Assembly: GCA_902582165.1 (NCBI GenBank) | Contig: CACHQZ010000003.1 | Coordinates: forward strand, 19,816-83,815 | Source: an uncultured Pelagibacteraceae bacterium | GTDB lineage: Bacteria; Pseudomonadota; Alphaproteobacteria; Pelagibacterales; Pelagibacteraceae | Length of the DNA: 64,000 nt | Direction: 5' to 3' | Shown here: positions 31,764-41,264 of the stretch, one piece after another | How positions within the stretch are numbered: position 1 is the stretch's first letter | How the letters are laid out: every line of letters starts with the position of its first letter | The notes under the pieces: generated by a model | The model's database searches: none | Told to the model about the DNA's origin: nothing | The model's input: the letters and a program-made list of their open reading frames with translations, nothing else | Position numbers and translations under genes: made by a program

Positions 31764-32516
31764 TTAACGCTTAACTAATTTATCTACTAAAAATAGATAA
31801 AGTCTATAAGGCAATATTCTCAAAAATTTTAAAGTTAGAGTTAATCCTTTAGGGAAATGGATTTCAAACGAGCTAGAACTGACCAATCCGTTAAATATTT
31901 TTTCTGCAGCATATTCTGGAGTTTTTAAAAATGGCATTCGAAATTCATTTTTATCTGTTAAGGGAGTTTTAATAAAGCCAGGTGATACGATTGACACCCT
32001 TACGCCAAATTTTTTAAAGTCAAAATAAATGCTTTCACTAAAATTCGTCAACGCAGCTTTTGATGGACCATAGCCACTTGAATTAGGAAGCCCCCTGTAT
32101 CCTGCAATTGAGGAAACAATAGAAATATGTCCAGATTTTTTATTCTTAAAATAATCTTCAACAGTTTTCACACAATCAATCACACCTAAAAAATTTACAT
32201 TTATTACGTTTTTAATTTTATCTGGATCTATACTTTGTTCATCTTTTGGCTCATATGTTCCACTTGAAAATAAACATATATCTAAACCATTAAATTCATT
32301 TAAGATATTTTTAAAAACATTTTTTATTTGAGATTGATTAGTAACATCTAGTGGAAATGAACTAATGTTGTTATGTTTAGCTAACTCATCCAAAAGTTCC
32401 TTTCTTCTTGCAGATACAGCAACTTTCCATCCTTCGTTAGCAAATTTTTCAGCTACTGCCTTCCCAATCCCGCTACTTGCGCCGGTAATCCATATTTTTT
32501 TCTGATTTTCAGACAT
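31764..32516 (-). CDS. Short-chain dehydrogenase/reductase
   Basis: TGASSGIG, YGPSK, PGFIKTPLT. Confidence 0.92.
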   Translation of the reverse strand: MSENQKKIWITGASSGIGKAVAEKFANEGWKVAVSARRKELLDELAKHNNISSFPLDVTNQSQIKNVFKNILNEFNGLDICLFSSGTYEPKDEQSIDPDKIKNVINVNFLGVIDCVKTVEDYFKNKKSGHISIVSSIAGYRGLPNSSGYGPSKAALTNFSESIYFDFKKFGVRVSIVSPGFIKTPLTDKNEFRMPFLKTPEYAAEKIFNGLVSSSSFEIHFPKGLTLTLKFLRILPYRLYLFLVDKLVKR

Positions 32517-32537
32517 ATATTGGTTATACCTTAATTT

Positions 32538-33002
32538 ATGACCAAGAATAAATATTTATCTCTTACATTCATTCTTTTAATAACATTTTTAGCATCCGGA
32601 ATTGGTGGATTTACCACTGCGACTTTTAAAGAGCCTTGGTATTCTCAGATAATTCTTCCAAGTTTTAATCCTCCAAGCTGGGTGTTTGGGCCTGTATGGA
32701 CAATTTTATATATCTTAATGTCATTAGCAATTTGGCGAATTTGGATAAATTATTATGATAATCAAATTTTAAAATTATATTTTTTGCATCTCTTTTTTAA
32801 TATGATTTGGAGCGTTATTTTTTTTGGGTTTCATCTTATTGGACTAGCATTATTAGATTTAGCTATAATTCTAATATTTATAGTTCTCTTAATGAAAATC
32901 TATTATTTGAAGGATAAAATTAGTTTTATTTTAATGATTCCGTATTTTTTATGGAGTACTTACGCTTTAGTGCTAAATTTTAATATTTTTATTTTAAACT
33001 AA
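32538..33002 (+). CDS. tspO: TspO/MBR family protein
   Basis: WY...PSFNPPSWVFGPVWTILY and PYFLW motifs. Confidence 0.92.
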   Translation: MTKNKYLSLTFILLITFLASGIGGFTTATFKEPWYSQIILPSFNPPSWVFGPVWTILYILMSLAIWRIWINYYDNQILKLYFLHLFFNMIWSVIFFGFHLIGLALLDLAIILIFIVLLMKIYYLKDKISFILMIPYFLWSTYALVLNFNIFILN

Positions 33003-33020
33003 ATTAAGCTATATACACGC

Positions 33021-33809
33021 ATGAACTACACAAAAACTTTTAATTTTTTAAAATCTTTACCTACAAAATTAAATTCATTTTATAAAAAAAAATCAAAATT
33101 CAAAATTAAAGTAGACAATAAATCAAAAAATAAAAGAGCTTTTGATCCGGTAACAAATTTAGATAAGTCTTTTGAAAAATATATAAGATCGTTAATTTTA
33201 AGAAAATTTCCTAACGACTCTATTATTGGGGAAGAGTTTGATGACAAAAAGTCTAATAGTCATTTTCAATGGTCGATCGACCCAATAGATGGAACAAGAG
33301 CTTTTGTAATTGGAGCACCGACTTGGTCTAACTTGATAGGACTCTCTTTGAAAGAAAAATCTAAGGTTGGTTTAGCAAATTTTCCAGAATTAAATAAATT
33401 TTATATAAATGATCAAAAAAAATCCTATATCTTCAAAAATAAAAAAAAAAAAATTCTTAAATCTTCAAATAATAGCAATTTGAAAACAGTTAAAATTATC
33501 GGAAACTTTCATGGGACTTTAAGCTATGAAAGACAAAGAAAAGTTATAAAGAAATTTGGGTGGTCATTCAGGTTAGCCGGGTTTGATGCTTTAAATTATT
33601 GTTTATTAGCTGAGGGGACAGTAGATGCTGTAATAGAAGCTAACTTAAAGCCTTATGATATTTTACCTTTAATACCCATTATAAAAAACTCAGGCGCAAT
33701 TGTAACTAACTGGAAAAATGAACCTGCAGAAATAGGAGGCAATATTATTGCTTCATCTAATAAAGCTTTACATAACAAGATTCTGAGATTACTAAAACCT
33801 TTTACATAA
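33021..33809 (+). CDS. Inositol monophosphatase family protein (HisN-like)
   Basis: FDPVT..D, IIGEE, IDPIDGTRAF, LKPYD. Confidence 0.85.
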   Translation: MNYTKTFNFLKSLPTKLNSFYKKKSKFKIKVDNKSKNKRAFDPVTNLDKSFEKYIRSLILRKFPNDSIIGEEFDDKKSNSHFQWSIDPIDGTRAFVIGAPTWSNLIGLSLKEKSKVGLANFPELNKFYINDQKKSYIFKNKKKKILKSSNNSNLKTVKIIGNFHGTLSYERQRKVIKKFGWSFRLAGFDALNYCLLAEGTVDAVIEANLKPYDILPLIPIIKNSGAIVTNWKNEPAEIGGNIIASSNKALHNKILRLLKPFT

Positions 33810-33810
33810 T

Positions 33811-34332
33811 ATGATTAATTTATTTATAAGTAGAGTTTTTAGAGCTATTAAAATTGATATAGATCTTTACGAAGAGGTTGAAAAAGATAAAAAAGCAACT
33901 TTTCAAGCTGGAATGGTTGTTATTTTGTCGAGCTTAGCTGCAGGAGTTGGATCGATACACTTGGGGGCTTCAAATTTTCTTGTAGCTCCAGCTTTATCCT
34001 TGTTGAGCTGGTATGTTTGGGCTTATGTTATTTACTTTGTAGGTGTAAAATTATTTAGAGACCCAAATACAAAAAGTGATCATGGAGAACTTTTGAGAAC
34101 TATTGGTTTTTCAAGTGCGCCTGGTCTAATAAGAGTTTTTGGAGTCACTCCTGAGTTAATGACTGTGACTTTCATAGGATCTGCATTTTGGATGCTTGCC
34201 TGTATGGTTGTAGCGGTAAAATCTGCGTTAGATTATGAAAGTCTTTGGAAAGCTCTTGGAGTTGTTGTTGTATCCTGGTTATTGCAAGCTTTATTCTTAT
34301 TTTTAATAATTGTTTTATTTAAGGGATTTTAA
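33811..34332 (+). CDS. YIP1-like membrane protein
   Basis: YEEVE.D, LLRTIGFSSAPG, about five TMs. Confidence 0.7.
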   Translation: MINLFISRVFRAIKIDIDLYEEVEKDKKATFQAGMVVILSSLAAGVGSIHLGASNFLVAPALSLLSWYVWAYVIYFVGVKLFRDPNTKSDHGELLRTIGFSSAPGLIRVFGVTPELMTVTFIGSAFWMLACMVVAVKSALDYESLWKALGVVVVSWLLQALFLFLIIVLFKGF

Positions 34333-34643
34333 ATTGGAAAAATAGTTTTAGCTAAATTACAGCTATTACAAATTTTATAGCTGTGCATAATTAAGTTCTG
34401 CTTAACGCTTTCATCTTCTTTTTTGCATTCTTCACAAATATTATTTAGCTCAATATCTTTATTTATTACCCAAGCTCTATGATAAAAATTATCAACATTT
34501 TTCTGAATTAATCCTTTAGCTACTTTTTCTGCCTCTTTTTTATTATAAGGGCCATGAATAATTTTAGTTTGTTCATCTAAAGTATTTATATTATTGGGAT
34601 TTTTATGAATACCCTCTATGACAATAAATCCGTCGTTTTTCAT
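34329..34643 (-). CDS. Hypothetical protein, DUF4170-like N-terminus with C-terminal CxxC..CxxC
   Basis: HGPY..EAE..QKNVDNFYHR; CEEC and CNSC. Confidence 0.6.
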   Translation of the reverse strand: MKNDGFIVIEGIHKNPNNINTLDEQTKIIHGPYNKKEAEKVAKGLIQKNVDNFYHRAWVINKDIELNNICEECKKEDESVKQNLIMHSYKICNSCNLAKTIFPI

Positions 34644-34666
34644 AATTTTTTATATATCATCTAATT

Positions 34667-35236
34667 ATGAAAAAAATTTTACTTATTGTCACCTTATTCA
34701 CAATAAATTTTAATTTATACGCTTTGGAAAAAAAAGCTTATTTTGCTGGTGGTTGTTTTTGGTGCATGGAAGAGTCCTTTGATCAAGTAGAGGGAGTTCT
34801 CTCATCGATTTCTGGATATTCAGGGGGTCATTTAAAAAACCCTTCCTATCAAGATGTAATTTATAAAGATACTGGACATGTTGAGGCTATAGAAATTACA
34901 TATGACTCAAATATTGTGAGTTATGAGAGTCTTTTAAATATTTTTTGGAGAAATATTGACCCTTTCGACTCAGAAGGGCAGTTTTGTGATAAGGGCAAAA
35001 GCTATAGATCAGTAATTTTTTTTCAGAATCAACTAGAGAAAGAATTTATTGATAAATCATTTAAAAATTTGGAAAGTAAATTTGATAGGGAAATAGTCAC
35101 TTTAGTTTGGAAATTTGAGAAATTTTATCCAGCAGAGAATTATCACCAAGATTATTATGAAAAAAATTTTATTCGTTATCTAATGTATAAAAAGGCATGT
35201 AAAAGAGAAGATGCCTTAAGAGAAATATGGAATTAA
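34667..35236 (+). CDS. msrA: Peptide methionine sulfoxide reductase A, with signal peptide
   Basis: FAGGCFWCME, SGYSGG, TGHVEA, AENYHQDYY. Confidence 0.93.
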   Translation: MKKILLIVTLFTINFNLYALEKKAYFAGGCFWCMEESFDQVEGVLSSISGYSGGHLKNPSYQDVIYKDTGHVEAIEITYDSNIVSYESLLNIFWRNIDPFDSEGQFCDKGKSYRSVIFFQNQLEKEFIDKSFKNLESKFDREIVTLVWKFEKFYPAENYHQDYYEKNFIRYLMYKKACKREDALREIWN

Positions 35237-35682
35237 AAAAAATAATTTTAGCAATTTTTTTTGTAAGTTTTGTTAGTTCAGCAAACGCAGAAATGATAAA
35301 ACCTGCAGAAAATTTATCTGCTTATGATGTTATTAAGATACAATTAGATGCTTTAAAAAATAATGATGATAAAGATAACGGCATAAAACAAACATGGATA
35401 TTTGCTCATCCTGATAATAAAAAAATGACTGGCCCATATCCCAGATTTAGAATTATGCTCTACGATGTACATTATAAAATACTGTTAAACCATTTTTCAC
35501 ATAAGATAGATTTAATTATGAATACTGAAAATAAATTTATTTATGGAGTAAAAATTTTAAGCGATGAGAAGCAACAATTTTTTTATGAATGGCATGTAAG
35601 CAAAGGTAATGAGGAAAATTGTAAAAATTGTTGGTTTACTACAGCAGTTTCAATGCCACTTGATCAAGGAAATTCAATTTGA
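35227..35682 (+). CDS. Exported hypothetical protein (DUF4864-like)
   Basis: Signal peptide ANA; IQLDAL, FAHP.N..TGP, C-terminal CWFT. Confidence 0.6.
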   Translation: MELKKIILAIFFVSFVSSANAEMIKPAENLSAYDVIKIQLDALKNNDDKDNGIKQTWIFAHPDNKKMTGPYPRFRIMLYDVHYKILLNHFSHKIDLIMNTENKFIYGVKILSDEKQQFFYEWHVSKGNEENCKNCWFTTAVSMPLDQGNSI

Positions 35683-35879
35683 AAAGACCACCTTTTGCTA
35701 TTCGATACTTAATTATTGGCGCAATATTAGTGGTGCCACCAATACTAAGCACTCATTATGGAACAATATACTTAGGTAAGCATAATGGCGTGCTTCTTGG
35801 TTTTTGTGTTGGAATAGTTTGTGTATCTTTTGCGTGTTGGAAACTTTTTATTGATGAGTGGAGGGATGACGAGGACTAA
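35679..35879 (+). CDS. Small two-TM hypothetical protein
   Basis: TTG start overlaps the upstream stop; its stop overlaps the photolyase ATG. Confidence 0.6.
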   Translation: MKRPPFAIRYLIIGAILVVPPILSTHYGTIYLGKHNGVLLGFCVGIVCVSFACWKLFIDEWRDDED

Positions 35880-37015
35880 TGAAATTCGAAATCTCAAGAG
35901 AAGGAGCCTTAAAACAGCTCGATGCTTTTATAAACAGTGAATTAGCAAATTATAGTTTCAAAAGAAATTTTGATTTAGGGCCAAAAGACAAATCAAATGT
36001 ATCTTGTTTATCACCTTACATATCTCACAGATTAATAACTGAATATGAAGTTGCAAAGTCAGTTTTAGCAAAGTTTCCATATCAAAAAGTTGAAAAATAT
36101 ATCCAAGAAATATTTTGGAGAGTTTATTGGAAAGGTTGGTTGGAACTTAGACCTCAAGTTTGGACTGACTTTATAGAAGATTTAAAAAGATTAAAGGAAG
36201 ATGAAAGTTATAAAAAGGCAATTAATGGTGAAACTCAAATTGAATGTTTTAATGATTGGGTAAAAGAACTTAAAGAAAATAATTATCTACATAATCATAC
36301 AAGAATGTGGTTTGCTAGCATTTGGATATTTACTTTAAATTTACCTTGGCAGAAAGGTGCAGAATTTTTTATGAAACACTTATATGATGGAGATGCCGCC
36401 TCTAATACTTTAAGTTGGAGATGGGTAGCAGGCTTGCAAACCAAAGGTAAACACTACGTTGCTCAGTCATGGAATATAAGTAAGTTCACAAATAATAAAT
36501 ATAAAAATGTTAAATTAAATGAGAACGCTTTATCTTTAACAGACAAAAGAGAATATAAATTAAATCCACTTAATTTTATTTCAGAAGATAATTCAAATGA
36601 AAATTTATTAGTTTTCGAGAATGAATTAAATTTAGAAAATAAAAATTTAAAAAAATATAAAAATATTTATTTAGTTTTATTAAGTAATGATATTAGAAAG
36701 TTAAAGCTCGGACAAAAGGTATTAAACTATAAGTCAGGAATAATTAATGATCAAAAAAAAAGATTTGAAGATTTACAGATCATAGATGAAGTAAAATTTC
36801 AAAATCTTGCTGATGAAATTAACTCTTTTGATGTAGTTCACCCATGTATTGGAGAGAATTTTTCTTTTTTAAATAATATTAGAAAAAAGCGAAATTTAGA
36901 ATTAAACTTTGTTTTGAGTGAAGAAGATAAATTTTCTTGGCAATTTTCTAATAAAGGATTTTTTAATTTTAAAAATAACATTCCTAAAATTATAACAAGT
37001 TTTAATTTACAATAA
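35879..37015 (+). CDS. Photolyase-like protein with N-terminal FAD domain (inverted-topology class)
   Basis: SCLSPYI, EKYIQEIFWR, YLHNHTRMWFAS and LYDGDAASN..WRWVAG all lie within the first ~190 aa. Confidence 0.82.
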   Translation: MKFEISREGALKQLDAFINSELANYSFKRNFDLGPKDKSNVSCLSPYISHRLITEYEVAKSVLAKFPYQKVEKYIQEIFWRVYWKGWLELRPQVWTDFIEDLKRLKEDESYKKAINGETQIECFNDWVKELKENNYLHNHTRMWFASIWIFTLNLPWQKGAEFFMKHLYDGDAASNTLSWRWVAGLQTKGKHYVAQSWNISKFTNNKYKNVKLNENALSLTDKREYKLNPLNFISEDNSNENLLVFENELNLENKNLKKYKNIYLVLLSNDIRKLKLGQKVLNYKSGIINDQKKRFEDLQIIDEVKFQNLADEINSFDVVHPCIGENFSFLNNIRKKRNLELNFVLSEEDKFSWQFSNKGFFNFKNNIPKIITSFNLQ

Positions 37016-37016
37016 C

Positions 37017-37142
37017 CTATTTAGAAGAGCACCTTTTCGAACAATATTTTACTTTATCCCAATTAAGTCTCCATTTTTTTCTCCAACTAAAAGGCTTATT
37101 ACAAACTGGACAAGTTTTTTTAGGCAAATTAACTTTTTTCAT
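37017..37142 (-). CDS. DUF2256 family protein (41 aa)
   Basis: Manual translation [41 protein letters not shown]. Confidence 0.9.
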   Translation of the reverse strand: MKKVNLPKKTCPVCNKPFSWRKKWRLNWDKVKYCSKRCSSK

Positions 37143-37488
37143 TTTTTAGAAGGTGTTTATTCTTTATAAATAGAATATAAGCTGCAATCTCATAGAAAAT
37201 ATTTAATATGAAAAATAGAGGTTTAATTTTAAATATTTTATATAAAAAATTATATTTAGGAACATTTTTCCAAATTATTAAAAAAGACTCCGCTCCATCA
37301 ATTACTCTACCATCTTGTATAACATGCATTCTTCTTAAAAGTTCTTTATATGATTTTGAGGTAACTTTCTGAGCTTCTTCATTAGTAGTTACATCTATCC
37401 ATTCTACACTCTTATCACTATGTTTTTTGTAATGATTGATTTCGGCTCTACAAATATTACATGAATTGTTAAAAAAAACTTTAACCAT
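37129..37488 (-). CDS. DUF393/DCC-family thiol-disulfide oxidoreductase
   Basis: [21 protein letters not shown]. Confidence 0.85.
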   Translation of the reverse strand: MVKVFFNNSCNICRAEINHYKKHSDKSVEWIDVTTNEEAQKVTSKSYKELLRRMHVIQDGRVIDGAESFLIIWKNVPKYNFLYKIFKIKPLFFILNIFYEIAAYILFIKNKHLLKNEKS

Positions 37489-38962
37489 TAGTATTTTCTT
37501 TTATAAAATTATTAGCAGCTTTAAAAATTCTTATTTTTCTCTCTTTATTCATTTTTTCAGAAACTCTAACCATCATTGCAAGACGCGGATTTTTTAAAAA
37601 GAATTTTTTATGTCTATCTATAAATTTCCAATATAGTCCATCCATTACATCACACCAAGGACCTTTTTTAAAATGCATCATTTTAAGAAAATAACTAGAT
37701 CCACAAATATAAGGTTTAGTTGCAAATATTCCGCCGTCACTAAATAATCCCATTCCATAAACATTTGGCGCCATTACCCAGTCAGATGAGTCTACGAACA
37801 TTTCCATAAACCATTTGTAAACTTGTTTAGGATTTATCTCACAAAGATTCATTATGTTCGCCAATATCATGAGTCTTTCTATATGATGTGACCAGCCGTA
37901 GTTTTTAGCATTATTGATTGCATGATCTAATGGATCTAAACCAGTATTTCCATCATACCAAGATTTTTTCATTTTTCTTTTATGATTAAAAAAATTAGTG
38001 TTATCCAATCGTTGATCATAGTTTTGGTAAATTCCTCTCATAAACTCTCTCCAACCTATAATCTGTCTAATATAACCCTCTAAGGAATTCATAGGCACTT
38101 TATTTTCAATCTTTCTTAACTTCTCTATTATCTCTTCTGGAGTTATTAAACCTAAGTTTATTAGCGGACTTAACGCGCTATGAAAAACAGTATTAGATTT
38201 GTCTGTTACTGCATCCTCATAATCTCCAAAAAGCTTTATTCTCTCTTTCAAAAACTCATCTAGCCACTTACTTGCGCCTTTTCGTGTTGTTGGAAACCAA
38301 AACTTATCAGTATTTCCTGGATGATCTTTAAAATTAGAATTTATAAATTTTTTAAGAGTAATAGTTTCTTTTGTCTCTTTTACCTTAGAAATAACAGGAA
38401 CTTTAATAGTATTCGGAAGTTTTTTTCTATTTTCTTCATCGAAACTCCATTTATTTCCTTTTGGAGTTCCATTCTTATTCATCAATAAATTCATTTTTGT
38501 TCTTACAATTTTATAAAAATTTGCCATGAAAGGCCGTTTATTCTTAGAAAGGTAACCTTTAAATTCCTGCCTCTCCATTAAAAACATTGGAGATCTAACT
38601 TGGTTAATCTTAAGTGAATTTTTTTTTCCTAAATTCAATATTCTTTTTTCAAAAAATTTATCCTCAATTTCAAAAAAAGTAATTTCTCTTATCTTTTTTT
38701 CTTTAATGATCTTTTCTAATTTTTTTTCGTAGGATAATTTAAAATCTTTATTTACATCTTTATATATTAAATTAAAATTTTTTGACCTAAGCTCATCTTT
38801 AAATGATCTCATTGAAGATAAAAATAACAGTATTTTCAGTTTGTGATGTTTTTCAAAGGTGCATAGACCATGGTCTTCTGCCATAAAAAAAATATGATCT
38901 TTATAATCAGAGAGATATTTTGGGTTAAAAAGTTGATTTCCTAAAATTATAAAAAGCTTCAT
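37481..38962 (-). CDS. Bacterial (6-4) photolyase / cryptochrome, PhrB/CryB-related
   Basis: ILGNQL, HHKLK, WSFDEENR, FGDYED, EGYIRQIIGWRE, HHIERLM, TKPY. Likely start MKLFIILG at 38962. Confidence 0.9.
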   Translation of the reverse strand: MKLFIILGNQLFNPKYLSDYKDHIFFMAEDHGLCTFEKHHKLKILLFLSSMRSFKDELRSKNFNLIYKDVNKDFKLSYEKKLEKIIKEKKIREITFFEIEDKFFEKRILNLGKKNSLKINQVRSPMFLMERQEFKGYLSKNKRPFMANFYKIVRTKMNLLMNKNGTPKGNKWSFDEENRKKLPNTIKVPVISKVKETKETITLKKFINSNFKDHPGNTDKFWFPTTRKGASKWLDEFLKERIKLFGDYEDAVTDKSNTVFHSALSPLINLGLITPEEIIEKLRKIENKVPMNSLEGYIRQIIGWREFMRGIYQNYDQRLDNTNFFNHKRKMKKSWYDGNTGLDPLDHAINNAKNYGWSHHIERLMILANIMNLCEINPKQVYKWFMEMFVDSSDWVMAPNVYGMGLFSDGGIFATKPYICGSSYFLKMMHFKKGPWCDVMDGLYWKFIDRHKKFFLKNPRLAMMVRVSEKMNKERKIRIFKAANNFIKENTNG

Positions 38963-39046
38963 AAGTAACAAAATACATATTTTATTTAGATATTACACGC
39001 GTCATTATTTGCATGTAAATAACCTTTAATAATGTTATTTTTAATT

Positions 39047-39757
39047 ATGAAAAAAGTAATTTTAGGAGCAACTGGATCAATCGGTTCTTCTTTGGCAAAA
39101 AAATTAGTTGACAGTGGAGAGCAGGTGCACTTAGTCGGCAGAGATGAGACTAGTCTATCGGAGTTAGCAAAAAATTTAAATTCTACATTTACAGTTTGTG
39201 ATGTTTTAGAGGAAAATTTTTCTGAGAAAATACTAAATGATTTAAAAGACGAGCCAATTAATGGTTTAGCTTTTTGTGTAGGGTCAATTGATTTAAAACC
39301 ATTAAAGTTAACGAAAAAAAGTGACTTCATGCAATCATTCAATTTAAATCTTATTTCTGCAACAGAGGTAATTAAAAGCTTAGCAGATAACTTAAAAAGA
39401 AATAAAGGTTCAATTGTTTTATTTTCAACGGTAGCCGTAAAACAGGGCTTCCCAAACCATGCAATAGTTTCATCAGCAAAAGGTGCTATAGAGGGTCTGA
39501 CCTTAGCATTAGCAGCTGAGTTTGCACCTAATGTGAGAGTCAATTGTATCGCACCTAGTTTAACAAACTCTAAAATTTCAAATTTTTTACTTAAAAATGA
39601 AAAAGTAGCAGAGGGTATTGCCAAAATGCATCCAATGAAGAGAATAGGTGAAGGCGGAGACTCTGCATCAGTTGCAAAGTTTCTGCTTACAGATGAAAGT
39701 TCTTGGATTACTGGTCAAATATTAGGTGTTGACGGAGGAAGATCATCTGTCGCATAA
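39047..39757 (+). CDS. Short-chain dehydrogenase/reductase (atypical)
   Basis: GATGSIG, HAIVSSAKGA (catalytic Tyr absent), VRVNCIAP, ITGQILGVDGG. Confidence 0.88.
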   Translation: MKKVILGATGSIGSSLAKKLVDSGEQVHLVGRDETSLSELAKNLNSTFTVCDVLEENFSEKILNDLKDEPINGLAFCVGSIDLKPLKLTKKSDFMQSFNLNLISATEVIKSLADNLKRNKGSIVLFSTVAVKQGFPNHAIVSSAKGAIEGLTLALAAEFAPNVRVNCIAPSLTNSKISNFLLKNEKVAEGIAKMHPMKRIGEGGDSASVAKFLLTDESSWITGQILGVDGGRSSVA

Positions 39758-39788
39758 CAATTTTAAAAAAAACAAGTAAATAAACCTC

Positions 39789-40283
39789 ATGCGTAAAATT
39801 TTAATTATATTTTTATCTCTTTTTTTGAGTTCTAGCTTAATGGCTGCAGGAAGTGATAGTAGTAGTGATTCTAGCGACACCAAAGAAGTGTCCTTATACA
39901 AGGAAGCAGTAAAATTAGTAAAGAGAGCTGGAAAATTAGAAAAAAAAGACAAGACTGATAAGGCTAAAAAATTGTATGCAAAAGCTTTTGATAAATTAGA
40001 AAAAGCTTATAAAACAGATAAAAAAAATCCAGATATTTTAAATTACATGGGATTTACAACAAGAAAAACTGGAAATTTTGAAAAGGCCGAAAAGTTTTAT
40101 TTAGAAGGCTTAAGTTTAAAGCCTAATCATAACGGGATTAATGAATATTTAGGTGAGCTTTACGTTCAAACTAATAGAATAGATAAAGCTAATGAGAGAT
40201 TAGAAGTCTTAAAGAGTTGTAATTGTAAAGAATATAGTGAACTTGAATTAATTATTAAAACTAAAGGCGCAAAAGTTTACTAA
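39789..40283 (+). CDS. Exported TPR protein
   Basis: Signal peptide; NPDILNYMGF..RK, EYLGELY TPR pattern. Confidence 0.82.
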   Translation: MRKILIIFLSLFLSSSLMAAGSDSSSDSSDTKEVSLYKEAVKLVKRAGKLEKKDKTDKAKKLYAKAFDKLEKAYKTDKKNPDILNYMGFTTRKTGNFEKAEKFYLEGLSLKPNHNGINEYLGELYVQTNRIDKANERLEVLKSCNCKEYSELELIIKTKGAKVY

Positions 40284-40657
40284 GACAAATCTACAGCAAA
40301 CTTTTTTAATTTTTCAATTGGTATAAGTTCTAGTGTCTTAATATTAGTCTTTTTCAAATAAACTGAACAAGCTGCGTCCTCTTTGATGGCTCTAGCATAC
40401 CAAGTTGCACATACACACCAGCAGTCACCATCTTTCAAACCTGGAAATCCAAATTCAGGATGAGGTGTGATCAAATCATTACCCACCTTCTTTGACCAAA
40501 GCAAAAATTTATCCGTTACTTTTGCACAAACTGTATGAACTCCTCTATCATTTTTATCTGTGTTACAGCATCCATCTCTATACCAACCTGTTAAAGGGTC
40601 ATTAGAGCATGGTTCTAAAGGCTCACCAAAAACATTTTTTTGAATTTCATTACTCAT
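40280..40657 (-). CDS. DUF2237 family protein
   Basis: NVFGEPL..C..P.TGWYRDGCC, GNDLITP, GDCWCVCA. Confidence 0.9.
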   Translation of the reverse strand: MSNEIQKNVFGEPLEPCSNDPLTGWYRDGCCNTDKNDRGVHTVCAKVTDKFLLWSKKVGNDLITPHPEFGFPGLKDGDCWCVCATWYARAIKEDAACSVYLKKTNIKTLELIPIEKLKKFAVDLS

Positions 40658-41262
40658 CTTGAAAAAACATTAGCAATTTTTTTATCTATTTCTAGATTAA
40701 ACGAAAAGGATCTTCTCTCTCCACTTGATTTAAATGGATATGCTGTATGCATCAAATAATGTGGAAAAAGAATTACATCTCCTTCTTTGGGCTGATGATT
40801 GTAAATGCTATCACTTAAAAACATCTTGTTTCCATTTATAAAATCTATTGTACCATCGATTTTTGATTTTTTTTGGCCATTTGGAACAAATTTTGGAATT
40901 TTTAAGTAACCCACACCAGATATATGTCCATCATGGTAGTGAATTGGGTTATATTCATTATTAAACTGTCTCACTATCCAAAAATTTTTAATTGAAATTT
41001 TCTTTACATTTTTTCCAATAGTTTTAAAGACATATTTTTTTACCTCATTAGAAATTACTTTTTCTAAATTTTTTTTTACAAAAGATTTCGGTAGTTGAAA
41101 TTCTTGTTTTACCTGCCCGACTAATTTTTTCGAATAATCCAGTTTTTTTAATAAACTCTTTTTATTTAAAATTTGGTCAACTTCATTATTAATTTTTTTT
41201 ATTAATTTGTTTGAAAATTTCAATTTAGCAATTTTTGGACCAAAAGGGCTTATTACTTTCAT
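40654..41262 (-). CDS. Putative 2OG-Fe(II) oxygenase
   Basis: YNPIHYH..ISGVGYL, FPHYLMHTAYP, RRSFSFN. Confidence 0.78.
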   Translation of the reverse strand: MKVISPFGPKIAKLKFSNKLIKKINNEVDQILNKKSLLKKLDYSKKLVGQVKQEFQLPKSFVKKNLEKVISNEVKKYVFKTIGKNVKKISIKNFWIVRQFNNEYNPIHYHDGHISGVGYLKIPKFVPNGQKKSKIDGTIDFINGNKMFLSDSIYNHQPKEGDVILFPHYLMHTAYPFKSSGERRSFSFNLEIDKKIANVFSR

Positions 41263-41264
41263 AA

